NCBI GenBank assembly: GCA_973895155.1
Contig: OZ316899.1
Span: 6,389,241 to 6,453,240, forward strand
From: Marsupella aquatica
Taxonomy: Eukaryota; Plantae; Marchantiophyta
Reading direction: 5' to 3'
Length of the DNA stretch: 64,000 nucleotides
Of the stretch, positions 23,233 through 34,632 are shown piece after piece. The translations under genes were made by a program, and so were the position numbers. Positions within the stretch are counted from its first letter, which is position 1. Every line of letters starts with the position of its first letter. Under the pieces are notes generated by a model. The model made no database searches. It saw only the letters and a program-made list of their open reading frames with translations, and had not been told where the DNA came from.

Positions 23233-23334
23233 CTAGATGTTGTCATTGTGGAACCCCAAAAGACGAGGTCAACCCCATGTCTGAAGCCCGTGAGAAGACG
23301 TGTTCAAGAAAGTGATTTGGTTCCAGGCATGTTC

Positions 23335-24517
23335 TTTTTTTTTTCTTTTTTTTTCTTTTTTAAATAATAAAACCCGCAAAACCCTACGGGAAAGGGGGCC
23401 AAACAGGCAGCATAGGAGCCCACGCCGGGCAGACGGTGATAAAAGACCAGCTAAAACCTAGAGAGCTCAAACCAAAGAAACCCCGGGCAAGGAGCCACAG
23501 GGTGAGAAGGCTAGAAGGTATCAGCAACCATGCTAAGCCCTAGATACCGGTTCTATCTAATGCATCCCACTAGTGAGGCACAAAAAGTCTAAGTCTAGTG
23601 GGTTAGGACTGAAGTAGGAAGTCAAGAGGAAGAGGAGAATCGAGCCTCCGCCCGGGGGGCCCAGTTCACGCGTTCCTTAATAATTTCCTCCTTGATCCGC
23701 AGCAACCGTGTGCGCCTATTGCAGGGGCCTAAATCCTCACACAGTCCATGGAGTTGATCAATGACCTCCATAAATATCTTCAACAGGTCAAAACATCTGC
23801 TTCTGCCATTATTGAATACACTGTCATTCCGAGCGAGCCAAATGTGCCAGAGTACTTGATACGCCATGAAAACGATCAGTGAATGAGCTAGGCTGTGGCC
23901 CTGAAATGCCTCCATTAGAACTCTCAGATCAAGTACTGGCCAAGTGATCAAATCTGGAAAAGTCCTGGCAACCAAATCCCAACCTTTGGCAGCAAGCTTG
24001 CATGTAAAGAAAATGTGGGGTATACTCTCAGGAGCATTACGGCACAAACCACAAGTACCATCACTCTTACCCATCCGCAAAGCTCGTATGTTAGTGAAGA
24101 GCCCTTGTGCAATCACTCTCCAAAGAAATGTGCGAGACTTCGTGGGGAGATCAGACGCCCATAGTGAGTGCCAAAGTTTACTCCATTCCAGATCAGAGAG
24201 ATGAAGCGACCAGATTCTGTTGAGCCTAGTAAAGTCATAACCTTTCGTGCGCAGGAGTTGGTATGCTCTAGCATTAGGCAGGGCAAATTTGCTCATTCTC
24301 TCCTTTTTGTCCGCCCAGATCCAGCATGTTGCTAAAGAACCAGCCTCTTTGTCATCCGAGATCCTTCTGATTCTTCTCACAAAGGAAATGCACAGCGCCT
24401 CCAATTCCGGGTCCAAACCTCTGATCTTGTTGAGCTTGTGTCGGGAAAATTCCGGAGTGTTGCCACCCCAGCGTCTGAGGTCAGAGACCTTTCTCAAACC
24501 CATTCGTCCGCAAGTCC
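23335..24517 (-). mobile_element. 5'-truncated L1-clade LINE (zf-RVT end of ORF2, 3'UTR, poly(A))
   Basis: Poly(T) at 23335-23361; TSD tccaggcatgttc(ttttt) at 23322 and 24518; ORF 23622-24503 with FLWR...CGLC...ESIPHIFFTC...WHIWLARN. Confidence 0.95.
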
Positions 24518-25294
24518 TCCAGGCATGTTCTTTTTGGCTTGCATCTCAACGATTGGTAAGAGTCCGGGTTGTCGAGGTGCATTCAAAGGCAAGGAACGGG
24601 GAGTATGCGCTCAATTTATCAAAGAGGCAAGACTAAAAGTAAGCAAATTAGGTGTTGTTGGTATCTGTTGGCTGGCTGGGAGTAAAATTAACAAACCAGG
24701 TGTTCCATATCCGTATTGGTTTTGCCCAAACAACCAGTGTTGCACAAAATCCTCTTTGCCATTTATTACCGGTGTTTTACCACCACTGCCTTCAAAGTTT
24801 CTTGTCTCTCATGGAACTAATCTTTCAGAAGAAGAGGTCCTGTTCTTGCACAACAATGGAGTGGACATCATTTTTGGTGAAGATGTTATGAATGAACTGG
24901 TGAGTGTTGGCGACATCATAATGGATTTGAACACATACCCAGAGCGGATAGATCCTACAATGCCTGATGAGCGTGGTACTTGACGCAATGGCCAGGCAAG
25001 GCGAAGGAGGTCAAACACCTTCAAATACGCTGCCACACGTATCCGTAATGCTAAGACCGAGGCAATTGTGTGCACATCAATGAGGAGAATCAAAATAGGG
25101 AATGCTACAGGCATGAGGCTCATGGTGAACAACACTTGCAGGGGCCAAACTTCAATACATTGCGTACAGATTTGTGTCTTCCCAAGTTGTTCCTGCAAGG
25201 ATTTCATGTACAGGGAGTCTATGGGAAGAGCCTACTTCCCATGCAAGCACTTGTACTGGTGCTTTGCAAACATCTTGAAAAGGAATATTGATAG

Positions 25295-26103
25295 GGATCA
25301 ATGTATTAACCAACAGATCTTGACTCTAACTGAGGTCGACAACCTTGTATCAAATGTGGGTATTGTCTGATCTTGGCAACCTCCGCCAACATGAACAAGT
25401 TTCCTTCCTCATTGTATCTCGGAGATCCTCGCCGACATTGTATTTTGGAGACCCTCGCCGACATTTACCAAACAGCCAAATAGGGTCACCTATTTTGGGG
25501 CCTAGGGTTTAGGAAAAATGACCGTTTTATGTGATTGATATTATGTATCAACGGTTCCTATGAATGGATTAATGTGTTAACCAACCAATCTTGACTCTGA
25601 GGTCGGCAACCTTGTATCAATGCCAGTATTGTCTGATCTCAGCAACCTCCGCCGACATGAACAGGTTTCCTTCCTCATTGTATCTCGGAGACCCTCGCCA
25701 ACATTGTATTTCGGAGACCCTCGCCAACATTTACCAAATAGCCAAATAGGGTCACTTGTTTTGGGGCCTAGGGTTTAGGGTTTAGGAAAAATGACCGTTT
25801 TATGTGATTGATATTATGTATCAACGGTTCCTATGAATGGATCAATGTGTTAACCAACCAATCTTGACTCTGAGGTCGGCAACCTTGTATCAAATGCCGG
25901 TATTGTCTGATCTCCGCGACCTCGGCCAACATGAACAGGTTTCCATCCTCATTATATCTCGGAGACCCTCGCCGACATTGTATTTTGGAGACCCTCGCCA
26001 ACATTTACCAAACAGCCAAATAGGGTCACCTATTTTGGGCCTAGGGTCTAGGGTTTAGGGTTTAGGAAAAATGAACGTTTTATGTGACTGATATTATGTA
26101 TCC
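25295..26103. repeat. ~272-bp tandem triplication of the transposase 3' end/3'UTR, with GAGACCCTCGCC motifs and TTTAGGG runs
   Basis: Units start at 25295, 25566 and 25839. Confidence 0.92.
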
Positions 26104-26190
26104 GTTGTCCTGGTCGGTTTAGTGTTTAGGGTTTGGTATGGATAGGGTCACATTAGGAGGGTAGACCATCGGCCCGCACTCAGATTAGGA

Positions 26191-26589
26191 ATGTTACTTT
26201 GTTACAAACTTACTATGGATTGCGGCACAGGCGAACGTGAGCTTTTGATTGATAGGACACAACAAAAGCTTAGATTGGAATTGCGGACGCTTCTGGCTAG
26301 TAAGGAACAAGACCGTGCTCGCATTTGGAATCCTTGTTATCCCCTACAATGTCACCCTCCAGTGAGTAACTTGATTCCAGGGTTGCTTGATGATGTTGTG
26401 GAGTTGCACATCTGGCCCCGGATTTGGTCAATGCTTGAAGGTGTTGCAGTTTTGGATCCAGTTTGGGATTGTCATCATCCAATGAAGACTCTCTTCCTGA
26501 CGGTGCAATCAATTGCTCATATCAACAGGAAATGGAGACATTTGATAACAAACTCCATACTATGGGCTGCAATGACTACAGCTAGATAG
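26191..26589 (+). pseudogene. F-box-like protein fragment
   Basis: NLIPGLLDDVVELHIWPRI...SIAHINRKWRHLITNSILW resembles the plant F-box LIPGLPDD...VSRxWR signature. Paralogue at ~31600. Confidence 0.55.
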
Positions 26590-26819
26590 CATTTTGTTGC
26601 GTAAGATGGCCTACAGTGACCCCTTTGTTCTTTCGAGATTCAATGAGAGCATTCCCACCAATCAATGTTTGGAGTCGGTTGTCTGATAGTATCTTAAATG
26701 GAAGGATCGATTCTTGGTTGTTATTGTGGATATACAGTTAACTTGAAAAGCTAAGATTAAGTGCAAATTTTTAAATTTTCTGGTCGCTAAAGTTTAAGTT
26801 CACTTAAACTTACATTTTT

Positions 26820-26965
26820 TACGCCTTTTAGTAAGATACGATCTTACGATCTTACGATCTTATTACCTTACGATTTACGAACTTACGCGGTACTAGAAGA
26901 TTACGCCGTTGCAAGACTAACAGGCGGAAAGTACACTATGAGCCGCATCGCGTGAAATCTTACGA
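26820..26965 (+). repeat. (TTACGAT/C)n heptamer cluster upstream of the 808-aa ORF
   Basis: gatacgatcttacgatcttacgatcttattaccttacgatttacgaacttacg. Confidence 0.85.
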
Positions 26966-27051
26966 CCAGAGCGAATCACTCTCTGCATGACTATTTCCGA
27001 CGCTTACAAGCATCGCTCCGCTTCATCTGATCAGCATCCACCTCAAGATTT

Positions 27052-29478
27052 GTGAACCCGAGAGCTATGGCAACATTCGATTGTGATGAGGAATACCTCA
27101 TTGATTCTGTGGCAATTCCAAAAGCGCTCGTCATCAGGCTCCCCAGGACCGAAGAGAGCTATGAATCATTACGCCAATCCTTGAGAGAGCTTGGACTGGA
27201 GAAATTATTACGACTACCATGGACTTCAGAGTTGGACACCTACCTGGAAGATTTTGTCAGAGGATCAATTGTCGCCTCACCTTTGCCTACTTCTATTCGA
27301 GGACGGCCCAGCAAATGGACCATAGATCACTTCGCGTATGCTTTTGGATGTTCTGCTGACGGAGAAGCGCTACTTTCGCCCAAGGATGATACATCCACTC
27401 CATACTTTTCAGGTACCCGGAATAAGAGAAATGGCTGGAATGTGAGTCAATGCAATCATTTGGAGCTAAGAATTCTTTTGGAATTTTTGGTTCCTATTTT
27501 TCATCCCAAGAAACCAACTGTTTGCTCCATTTCTCTGGCCAATACCATCATCGCTGCGCACAGTGGTAGAGTAAAGGTCAATTGGGCTTTGGTATTTTTC
27601 AATGTTGTGAGGGATCAACTTCGGACATTAAGGGCGAGTCAATCAACTCAACTGCAAAACTATCTAGCCCAGCTATACTCCGCTTTTGATTGCTCACTTC
27701 CTGAGGAGGTGATGGAGAGAGATTATCTTATGGAAGAAATCTCCAAGTTGTGGGAACAAGATGAAATTATGCCTACTACAGCAGAAGAGGCAAACGTCAT
27801 ATCGCCAGCTTCTCCAGGCAGCCGGGCAAGTCTTCACAATTCAAGTCCTTCAGATGAGGTACCCATGGACCTAGAAGCACTTACTACAGATGCTGAGATG
27901 ATAGACTACCCAGGGATCCCCTCACCACCCCTTTCCACAGGAATTGGGAAGTTTCCTATTCGACTTGCACAGGACGACTCCAATCAGACCCTGATCAGTA
28001 AGGTGTGTGCTTTGCTCAACTGTGACTTTCATTCACTGTACGAGACCATTGAGCAATTGCGCCATGACGCAGTGACACAGGTTCCTCCTTCTGCACTTTC
28101 ATCTCCGGATCATGAGAATTCGCCATCATCTTCACCTCCAGCAGAAATTCAGTTCTCCACAGAGGAACTTTTTGCTGTTAAGACTAGGGCTCAAATCTCA
28201 GTTCCATCCCCTACGGACTTGAAGGAGACCTCACCTACAAATTCAGAGCCTCCTCCCTGCTCATCTGTAGAACATCACTCCTGCCTTAAGATTGTCCATG
28301 AGTTAACTACTATGTTAGGCTACCGTTCAGAAGAAGTCACCTCCATAGTCTATGAATTTCTTGATAGACCTGAACCTTCACGCTCCCCACTGCCATCCTC
28401 TCAGTTTCCCTATAGTCCTGATTCAAATTATGAGCCTACTGATAGTCTACCTCATAAATCTTTGCACTCCACACAGCCCTTCTCTCAGCAAGGATTTCCT
28501 TTTTCTGAAGATTCTGATCCTCCATCCACACCAGAATACTTCTCTCCCTATGATATTCCAGTCTGTGACTCACCAGATCAGGGATTCGAAAGAGTTAATG
28601 CAGCCTTGCGATCTAACCCCAACCTTGTTGCAGTTGTCACTTCTTCTACCCAGACTCCTAGAAACGCTATCATCTATAAAATGGAGCCTAGAACACCAGA
28701 GCAACAAGTCCAGAAGTATGTCACCACTTGTAAGGTTATGCATGCCAATACACCGCCTATAAGTGAGTTATGGAGGTTTTATTATTTGAAGAAAGCAGAG
28801 GCTAGCTACATTTTTGATCTCAGGATGATTGGTACCTCTCGCGTGGAGTTGGCTCAGTTTGATGAGTACTGGACAGATTCAGTCTACTTCCGACCTATAC
28901 TGGCCGTTATGTTTCTACAAGGTGATGTTGAAGTTGATGACCCGGATTTAATCCTGGCCTATTTGGGAAATATAGCCGCTTATGCTTTAGATTTCTTACT
29001 GATTTTTCTAAAACAGAGCAACAAGTCTACTACCCCTGATCACTCATATTTTCCCACTGGACCCAAGGTTATCCTTACTTCAACCACTTCTTATGAAGAC
29101 AAGCAGCGAGTATGGAACAACATCAGCACGCAGCAGCTAACAAACTACACTCGCTACTTCCGGGATGTGCAGTGGAAATTACGATCCTCCTACAACAAGA
29201 TGCTGAGTACAGAGATGTTCTTACAATTCTACCCATCTATCTACGCCAACTCGTGCAATTGTTTAGATGTCATAGGCATCTTACGGGAAGCAATCAGAAT
29301 CAACCAGTGCTTTTTGGAGAAAAGGATGCCACTTATGTATTGGGGAAGACAGATGAGATGTCTACCTTACATCCGGGATCAACCTCACTGTGATGAAGTA
29401 AGGGAAGCTATTCGGACGCGCACTATTTGGAAAGTAGAAATTAGAGAACCAGAGGATATTCGACAACCAAAAGATTGA
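27052..29478 (+). CDS. Uninterrupted ~803-808-aa TE-associated protein: plant-mobile-domain-like N-terminus, P/S-rich linker and unknown C-terminal domain
   Basis: Single long ORF (first ATG 27067) with LGLEKLLRLPW, RGRPSKWT, KRNGW, LEFLVPIFHPKKP, KVNWA and YLAQLY. Decayed paralogue at 57887-59583. Confidence 0.75.
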   Translation: MNPRAMATFDCDEEYLIDSVAIPKALVIRLPRTEESYESLRQSLRELGLEKLLRLPWTSELDTYLEDFVRGSIVASPLPTSIRGRPSKWTIDHFAYAFGCSADGEALLSPKDDTSTPYFSGTRNKRNGWNVSQCNHLELRILLEFLVPIFHPKKPTVCSISLANTIIAAHSGRVKVNWALVFFNVVRDQLRTLRASQSTQLQNYLAQLYSAFDCSLPEEVMERDYLMEEISKLWEQDEIMPTTAEEANVISPASPGSRASLHNSSPSDEVPMDLEALTTDAEMIDYPGIPSPPLSTGIGKFPIRLAQDDSNQTLISKVCALLNCDFHSLYETIEQLRHDAVTQVPPSALSSPDHENSPSSSPPAEIQFSTEELFAVKTRAQISVPSPTDLKETSPTNSEPPPCSSVEHHSCLKIVHELTTMLGYRSEEVTSIVYEFLDRPEPSRSPLPSSQFPYSPDSNYEPTDSLPHKSLHSTQPFSQQGFPFSEDSDPPSTPEYFSPYDIPVCDSPDQGFERVNAALRSNPNLVAVVTSSTQTPRNAIIYKMEPRTPEQQVQKYVTTCKVMHANTPPISELWRFYYLKKAEASYIFDLRMIGTSRVELAQFDEYWTDSVYFRPILAVMFLQGDVEVDDPDLILAYLGNIAAYALDFLLIFLKQSNKSTTPDHSYFPTGPKVILTSTTSYEDKQRVWNNISTQQLTNYTRYFRDVQWKLRSSYNKMLSTEMFLQFYPSIYANSCNCLDVIGILREAIRINQCFLEKRMPLMYWGRQMRCLPYIRDQPHCDEVREAIRTRTIWKVEIREPEDIRQPKD

Positions 29479-29699
29479 AGCAGACCTGCAATTTTGTTAA
29501 GTGTCAGAGGCAGTTTCAGTTACTGTACCCCGCTCGATTTTATTAGACATGTTTTAAGATTCCAAAACTCATCAAGTCTTTTTTTTCAGTAGACAGCTTA
29601 TACATAGGAAAACACATTGGCAAAGTCTCAATCACTTTGGATTGTAGTTAGAAAGTTAGAAATACTTTAGTTTGCTGAGTTTAGGGTTATCGTTAAGTT

Positions 29700-29775
29700 C
29701 CCGCGCCTACGCTTTTACAAATTACGATCTTACGAACCTACGCTTTTACGAATTACGATCTTACGATACTACGGT
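29700..29775 (+). repeat. Second TTACGA cluster downstream of the 808-aa ORF, same orientation
   Basis: attacgatcttacgaacctacgcttttacgaattacgatcttacgatactacg. Confidence 0.85.
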
Positions 29776-31529
29776 AAACTTAACTTAGTTAGTTTTAGAC
29801 CTTTTCATACTTAGTTTTCATTTTTGACTTTTTGAGGGTTTTGAAGGGTCATGACTCTTCAACCCCCAAGGGTTTTTCCTCGATGTTTTTCACTATAAGT
29901 ATCTTCCACTTCTAATAAGCAGCAGTAAGTAAGTCAGACATGACTTGTCGCCCCTTGGTGTTGTCCTTGTGATTTTGGACTTTTTGAAGTTCAGAGCAGG
30001 CAATCCTAGGAGGGACTTACCTCCTTCTTGTATTTTGGAACCCAAATACTTGAAGTAAAACCTCAGTTATGAATCTCGTGAATTATAATGTCAGATTCCG
30101 CTTTGGTGACACATTGTAATCTCACAAGTTCTTAGAGTTAACCCATTGAGTTTAAGTTGCATTGGAAATGATGTTTTCACCTTCATGTTGCTTAGTACCA
30201 TTTAAATGCTGAAGTATTTATCCTTTTAGATCTTGACTAAGTATCACTTAGGAAGAAAAGTCAAGACATGTTGCCGGCATTTTAAAAGGATACTCTAGTA
30301 TGCAGTTTAGATCTGAAAAGCTGTGTGGATTTGAATTCCCTTAAAGTCATTCCATTATTGCTTATGTCTAAGGAGTAACCTTGGTATATTCCAAACTCCC
30401 TTAAACATACTCTAAGAGATTTTTCCTTGTGTTTTGTTAATTGCAACCTTTTACTTAATTGATGGTTATATGATGTTGAGTTATCATCAAAAACTACTCA
30501 CCGCTGTGGAGCGATCTTCAAAATACCTTATTAAAGTAATCAATCCTGATTACTATGTGTTAAAGAGAGTCCTTAAACTCTCATTTGTGTTTTTATGTAT
30601 CAAATCAACCCCATCTTGTTCTTTACGGGAACGAATACCGAGTTTGAAGACCTATAAATCTGTTTTTGGTTCTTCATAGCAAACTACAGTTATGTGCTTC
30701 AGAGGAAGTGGACTGCTACCTCTCAATATATGGTGTTGAGCAAGCGCAAGTAGAGTCTTGGAAAATGACTCGTGTTGATAACTGGTACATTGAACAGGTT
30801 CAAGAAAGACTTGATAATGGTGTTCCTGTTAATCGTGACAATTTTTAGCGGCATCAACTGAGCACCAATGTGAAAGTTGTTTGCCCACATTGAATGCCAT
30901 GTCAGATATCAGCCTGCATTAGATTGATCTAGTGTTGTCTCGTCATAATTTTAGCGTAATAGAACAATTAGAATAATTTTGTACGATAAATTTTAAATAG
31001 TAAAATTTTTGACGTTATTTGAGTGGAATCTCAGTGCGGTGTTCTCATTATGTTGGTGACCCCTTCAACATACATAGCAGTACACAATTGTCCTTCTCAT
31101 GTTGGCAAGAGTCTTTGAGATGTGTCTTGGAGAGGTTGTTTACCATCACTTTTGTCCTCGTGAAGTTGGCAAGAGTCTCTGAGATAAGTCTACTATATTG
31201 TGTTGACAAATTGGCGGGCACAATCCGCAAAATCTTAGAGACCCTTGCTGAGATGGATAACATATAGGAGACCCCGTAATATATCAAATAGTCCCATAAT
31301 ATTTAGACAATGGTTTTTTTAGTTCATCTGCTCCTAGCAATAAAACCATAAGTTTTGGGCAAAATGTGTGAGGTCAATCATCCATATCACTATTCACTCT
31401 TTGGTTGCCTTATCATGGAGGTCTCCACTTGACACTATTCTCTTGTTCAACATGGAAGGATCCAATGCGCAGAGGTGTTATCATGAGAAGTGCGCTGCAC
31501 AGCTTGAGAAGTTCAGGACGACCATTATT

Positions 31530-32170
31530 GAGCTAAAATGATAGCTCTTTTTGATAAGTTGTCAATATGGAGTTTTGTGGGGGAGCCTATGCGTTATCCA
31601 TTGCACAGTCAGGAAGCCCAAATGCAGAGTCTCATCCCCGGCCTCTTGGATGATCTAACGGAGGGACACATTTGGCCTCTACTTTGAAACAGATTTTAAT
31701 GTGCAAATGCTCATGGTAGAGATGATAATGCTACATTCAATGCAATCAACAACATGCGTGTACTGTCAAGAGTTAGTAGGAAATGGAGATTCCTGATGAC
31801 TCACTCAAAGGGATGGGCAGCCATAAAAGTGCTGCTGGACATTGTTGAAAACATATCTGAAGATCGACATTGGACTTGACACTCAACCGCGTCCACGTTT
31901 TGAGTCCTCTTGCGTCAAATTCCTCCTATTGATGCCCTCGCAATGATGTCACCTATATCATTGAAGTCTTGGGTGGCATATTATGTCTAGAGGACAGAGA
32001 GATACAGGAGGGATCTGTATGACAATTTCTTTGACAAGGATGAGCTTGGAAGGGTCAAGCTATGGGTGGAGAACAGGCTACACACATTGTTGTGGTGTGA
32101 CAATGTAGCGAGTTGGGAGAGCAACAATCCCGATAGTGGGTACGGGCTTCATAGTGATGACATTTGATCA
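31530..32170 (+). pseudogene. Second F-box-like pseudogene
   Basis: RYPLHSQEAQMQSLIPGLLDDLTEGHIWPLL* and LSRVSRKWRFLMTHSKGWAA align with 26191-26589. Confidence 0.55.
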
Positions 32171-32339
32171 TTTAGGGTTTAGGTCGACCGCCATTGTTGG
32201 TTTAGGTTTAGTTTAGAAGAATTTATCCTCACCTGGTAGTTTTGGTTCAGATTTTGTAACATGGACAAATTTTGTACAAGTTTGTGATTAATAAATTACT
32301 TGACATTTGCACGGCAAACATGTTTGGCACGGTGTTTTT

Positions 32340-32930
32340 CAATGTCGGCTACCTTGTCAACATGCAAAACTCAGCTTGGGTCTCTAAGATGAATATTGGT
32401 CAGATCTTGGCGGCCTTCTCCGAGATATACTGGCGTATGTCAAATCGTTGGACGTCCGTCAGATTGCCAATGTCGACCACCTCCCTGACATGCAAAACTC
32501 AGCTTGGGTCTCTAAGATGAATCTTGGTCAGATCTCGGCGGCCTTCTCCGAGATATACTGGCGTACATCAAATCGCTGGACGTACGTCAGATTGCCAATG
32601 TTGACCACCTCGCCGACATGCAAAACTCGGCAAGGGTCTCTGACATGATTCTCGGCCAGATCTCGGTGGCCTTCTTCGAGATATGCTGGCGTACGTCAGA
32701 TCGCCAATGTTGACCACCTTGCCGACATGCAAAACTTGGCGAGGGTCTCTGACGTGATTCTTGGCCAGATCTTGGCGGCCTTCTCCAAGATATGCTGGCG
32801 TACGTCAGATTGCTGGACGTACGTCAGATCGCCAATGACATGCAAAACTCGGCGAGGGGCTCTGACACATTTTGCGGTTTTGAGCAGGCAGTTTAGTGAA
32901 GTTGGCGACCCTCGGCGAGAGCTTTTCCCA
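32340..32930. repeat. 110-128-bp tandem repeat x5 with inverted GAGACCCTCGCCGA motifs
   Basis: catgcaaaact anchors at about 32361, 32489, 32617, 32726 and 32839; tcggcaagggtctc and ttggcgagggtctc. Confidence 0.9.
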
Positions 32931-33289
32931 ACACAAAACAGCCAAGCGTAGCGTCTAACCCGCCAAGGAGAGACAATGTATGAAGTTTCCAAAACAATTA
33001 TAGTAAAGATCAAGTCGGCAGTCTCGTTGACATTCTTTTTTGGTTGCATTAATGTGTATAGAAAGGACATATTGGGTCCACTTGAATGATTTTATGATGT
33101 TGGCAAGTTCGCCGACATATCCTTGCCATTGTCAGAGACCTCGCCTACATCCCCTCATTGCGGACCCTTCACTGATATCAGTTACTGATATCAGTTATCA
33201 GTCACTGATAACTGATGATGTTACCTATCTCTTTGGCACCTCAACGTTGGGAAGAGATACTTCATCAATCTTTGAGAAAATTCCATTAG

Positions 33290-33850
33290 GAATGAAATAC
33301 ATCTGGTTCCATTCATTCACCTTTCCAACAATGATGAGGAGGAGGTAGCCGTAGATTTGCAGACATCGGCCAATATGGGGTCTTCTATGAAGATAGGCAA
33401 CTTTCCTTCCAAGCCACACGTTGCGGACGGTGTTGTCTACCGTTGAAGTGCAATGGATGCCATTCTCAAATGAACTGGCCATAGTGAACTATTGTGGTTC
33501 ATCCAAACAAATGATTTCAGGCATGAGCAGGTGAATTGCCTACCAAGTAAATACAATGGAAATGTTGTGTTTGAATTGCCTCTCGCAGAAGGTCTGCTAT
33601 CAAAAGGTTTGAGACTCCGTGACATGGATACTCCTGGACACGGATATTTCCAACTTCTACAAATGTCCAACCTAAATTTTTTTGGGAATTTGGTAAAGTG
33701 ACGTGTACAGGAGCACTAGAATGTCAAAATCAGAAGTGTGATTATCTTTTGCAGAAGAAAAGAAGAAATTCAAAATCTTGGGATGGGACACCCAAACTTG
33801 CAGGGCCACATACCGTAGGAAAGATGATTGAGGAGGGGTGTAGTTTGCCA
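33290..33850 (+). pseudogene. N-terminal fragment of a second GCM-type Mutator-like transposase
   Basis: VNCLPSKYNGNVVFELP and TCTGALECQNQKCDY...NSKSW align with VQRLPKVYDGDHVFELP and KCLGSLRCMHRDC...NSTKW at 16700-16990. Confidence 0.7.
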
Positions 33851-34202
33851 CTACATCACAAAACTGAAATTTTGTTTGTTTTGTATCTATTGGACATAAG
33901 AGTGATTGCTACAAATGGCTATGTCCAATTTATGTTTTATGCATGACACCATGCCATCTTAATATGCTATAACAAATTCATCTATTTTATATCCGAATGA
34001 TGTTTATGCAATGCTGAAAGTTCATTTAATTACATTATGAAACCTATATACTTTTGATGTAGATTTGCTATTGACATTTTAATTTATTTGATATAAACCT
34101 TATGTTCCATCTATAATTGGTGTGTAAACTACACATATATAACTGTCATAAATTTTTGACCAAATAAGCTTAAAAAACTTTTGAATTCAAAAACTTTGGA
34201 GG

Positions 34203-34355
34203 TGTTATAACACGTAGATTACACTCCAAGTGGACACTCTAAGTAACCCTTAGAAGTTAGGATAGTTACCCAACTGCCCTCATATGTAACTCATATATAC
34301 ACTCATTCCTAATAGAAGTGGCATTGGATTGTTGGTGAAGATATCGAGTAAAACA
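34203..34355 (+). repeat. 5' LTR of the Copia element
   Basis: tgttataacac...gatatcgagtaaaaca, repeated at 48911. Confidence 0.95.
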
Positions 34356-34632
34356 CTTTATCAGCATGAGCTGGTTGGAGACATAAATTTTTTCTTCAGG
34401 AAGGATGTGGTGAGCAATTCACTTTTGCACAGACTCTATCTTTGGGGCCAATCAGGAGAATGTATGAGGAGAGGAGAGGATAATCCATGGGGAGATTCCC
34501 GACAAGAACATATCAATTAACAGACAAGTTTTAATGCCAATAAAAGAAGGCAATCGATTTCATTACATTTCTTCTTGATAACAAAGTTTATCAAATCATT
34601 CATAACCGCTCAGTATTCACAGAAATTTAGCC

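Larger units (their letters stand above)
15561..25370 (+). pseudogene. Mutator-like transposase (GCM/WRKY-type Zn domain, DDE core, C-terminal SWIM) in three pieces: 15561-18878, 23233-23334 and 24531-25370
   Basis: KCLGSLRCMHRDC...CSFC...HVGNHTHP (Zn domain); WVMSDVMHR (D1, ~17661); GFMADNAAAGWNAI (D2, ~17865); AFHYAQS; AELVHASM (E, ~18366); PSCSCKDF...PCKHLYW (SWIM). Intron 18160-18267. The frame is continuous across both insertions, with many stops and frameshifts. Confidence 0.85.
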
